Of a DNA stretch of 64,000 nucleotides, positions 63,130 through 64,000 are shown one piece after another. A program made the translations under genes and the position numbers. The DNA comes from Octopus bimaculoides (Eukaryota), in assembly GCF_001194135.2 (NCBI RefSeq), contig NC_068983.1, positions 116,144,947 to 116,208,946 of the forward strand. Direction: 5' to 3'. Every line of letters starts with the position of its first letter. Positions within the stretch are counted from its first letter, which is position 1. Under the pieces are notes generated by a model that was given only the letters and a program-made list of their open reading frames with translations, did no database searches and was not told where the DNA came from.

Positions 63130-63790
63130 TTTGTCTTGAAATTAATATTTGTGTAAGACATGAACTTAAGTTGCAAAAACTATCAACTAGTCTTAGTGAG
63201 CCTTCCAAGCATTTGCTGGAATATATGTCATGTGCATTCTTATTGCTAATCACTCCTGTGCATCTGCCACATACGAAGTTGGCTTTCTCAGCCAACCCGT
63301 ATGTGGTCCTTAGTAGTGGAGGTGACTATACTGAAATCGTAGTATCCAGGGTAAGAATGGAGTGAAAAAGTCCAAGGAGCTACTACTTCAGGTGGCAATA
63401 AAAGGCTTTCCTTTCAGAGTGAAGGGCAGATTGCATGTTCCTTGAATACAATGTGTAATGCTGCATGGTAACAATGTGGGTTTAGGATACAAATTTGTGA
63501 TAACTGGAAAAAAAAATTGAAGTAAGCATGCTCTACTGGATGCTTAATGTTAGTGCGCATGAATGACAGAGCATGAATATTCTGAGAGAAAAACTGAATG
63601 TAAGAGGTACCAGTTGTAGCATGTAGGAGCAAAGATTGTGCTAGTCTGGACATGTGGTGCCTCTCATGGATATCGTTGGTATGAAGAAGTACCAAACACT
63701 GGAAGTGGGTAGAATCTATGAAAGAGGGAGACCAAATAAGATGTGGGGTGAAGAGGTGAAAACTTTCAAGAAGCTGAATGTCAGAGAAGA
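63130..63790 (+). mobile_element. RTE LINE 3' fragment
   Basis: CLEGSLRLVDSF (minus-strand piece) and SRVRMEW...ELLL..A.KGF..RVKGRL (plus strand), as in the other RTE copies. Confidence 0.6.
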
Positions 63791-64000
63791 GATGACAAAG
63801 ATCTATCCACTATCTTGAATTGATATAGGGGGATGAGATTTCTGTGGGGTTGATTTAGATATATCAGCATCCTTTGCTAAATTTTATTACAAGCAATAAA
63901 TAATGATTAATAATTTAGAGAACAATTGTAATAATAACTCTGAGGAATAATTATGGAAAATAATTTTGAAGTTTGAATTTGATTGACTCTAACATTTCCT

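Noticed and set aside
55526-64000. Search for the next PIX SH3 exon (LxFxKGD...GGWWEG)
   Set aside because: Not found by eye. Donor-like sites at about 61173 and 62776 do not give SH3 sequence, so the exon probably lies beyond the window.

Overview
AT-rich, repeat-dense eukaryotic DNA with many (TA)n/(CA)n/(GA)n tracts and nine N-gaps. The SINE families resemble octopus (coleoid cephalopod) repeats as I recall them; this was not database-checked. The one well-supported host coding exon (54986-55525, +) encodes a Ser/Thr-rich N-terminus running into the first strand of an SH3 domain (RVKAMHNFKGSNNDE|), most like PIX/ARHGEF7-family Rho GEFs; I found no later exon in the window. A weaker, phase-compatible chain of small + strand exons (257-325, 10415-10495, 17838-17880, 18136-18216) may be the 3' end of an unidentified gene. 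Most remaining recognisable sequence is mobile-element debris: three or four SINE families, RTE and CR1-like LINE fragments, an ORF1-only non-LTR element, a Helitron fragment, mariner/Tc1/hAT remnants, hAT- and piggyBac-type MITEs, and Penelope-like ends. The most interesting non-genic signal is a set of minimal type I hammerhead-ribozyme-like motifs with palindromic stem III (107-167, 37980-38026, 45191-45229, 26788-26816), the first inside a 67-bp inverted duplication. This motif class is known from Penelope-like elements, so I cannot claim a wholly new system. No CRISPR, rRNA or convincing tRNA genes were seen. Repeat boundaries are read by eye and approximate unless TSDs or TIRs are cited.
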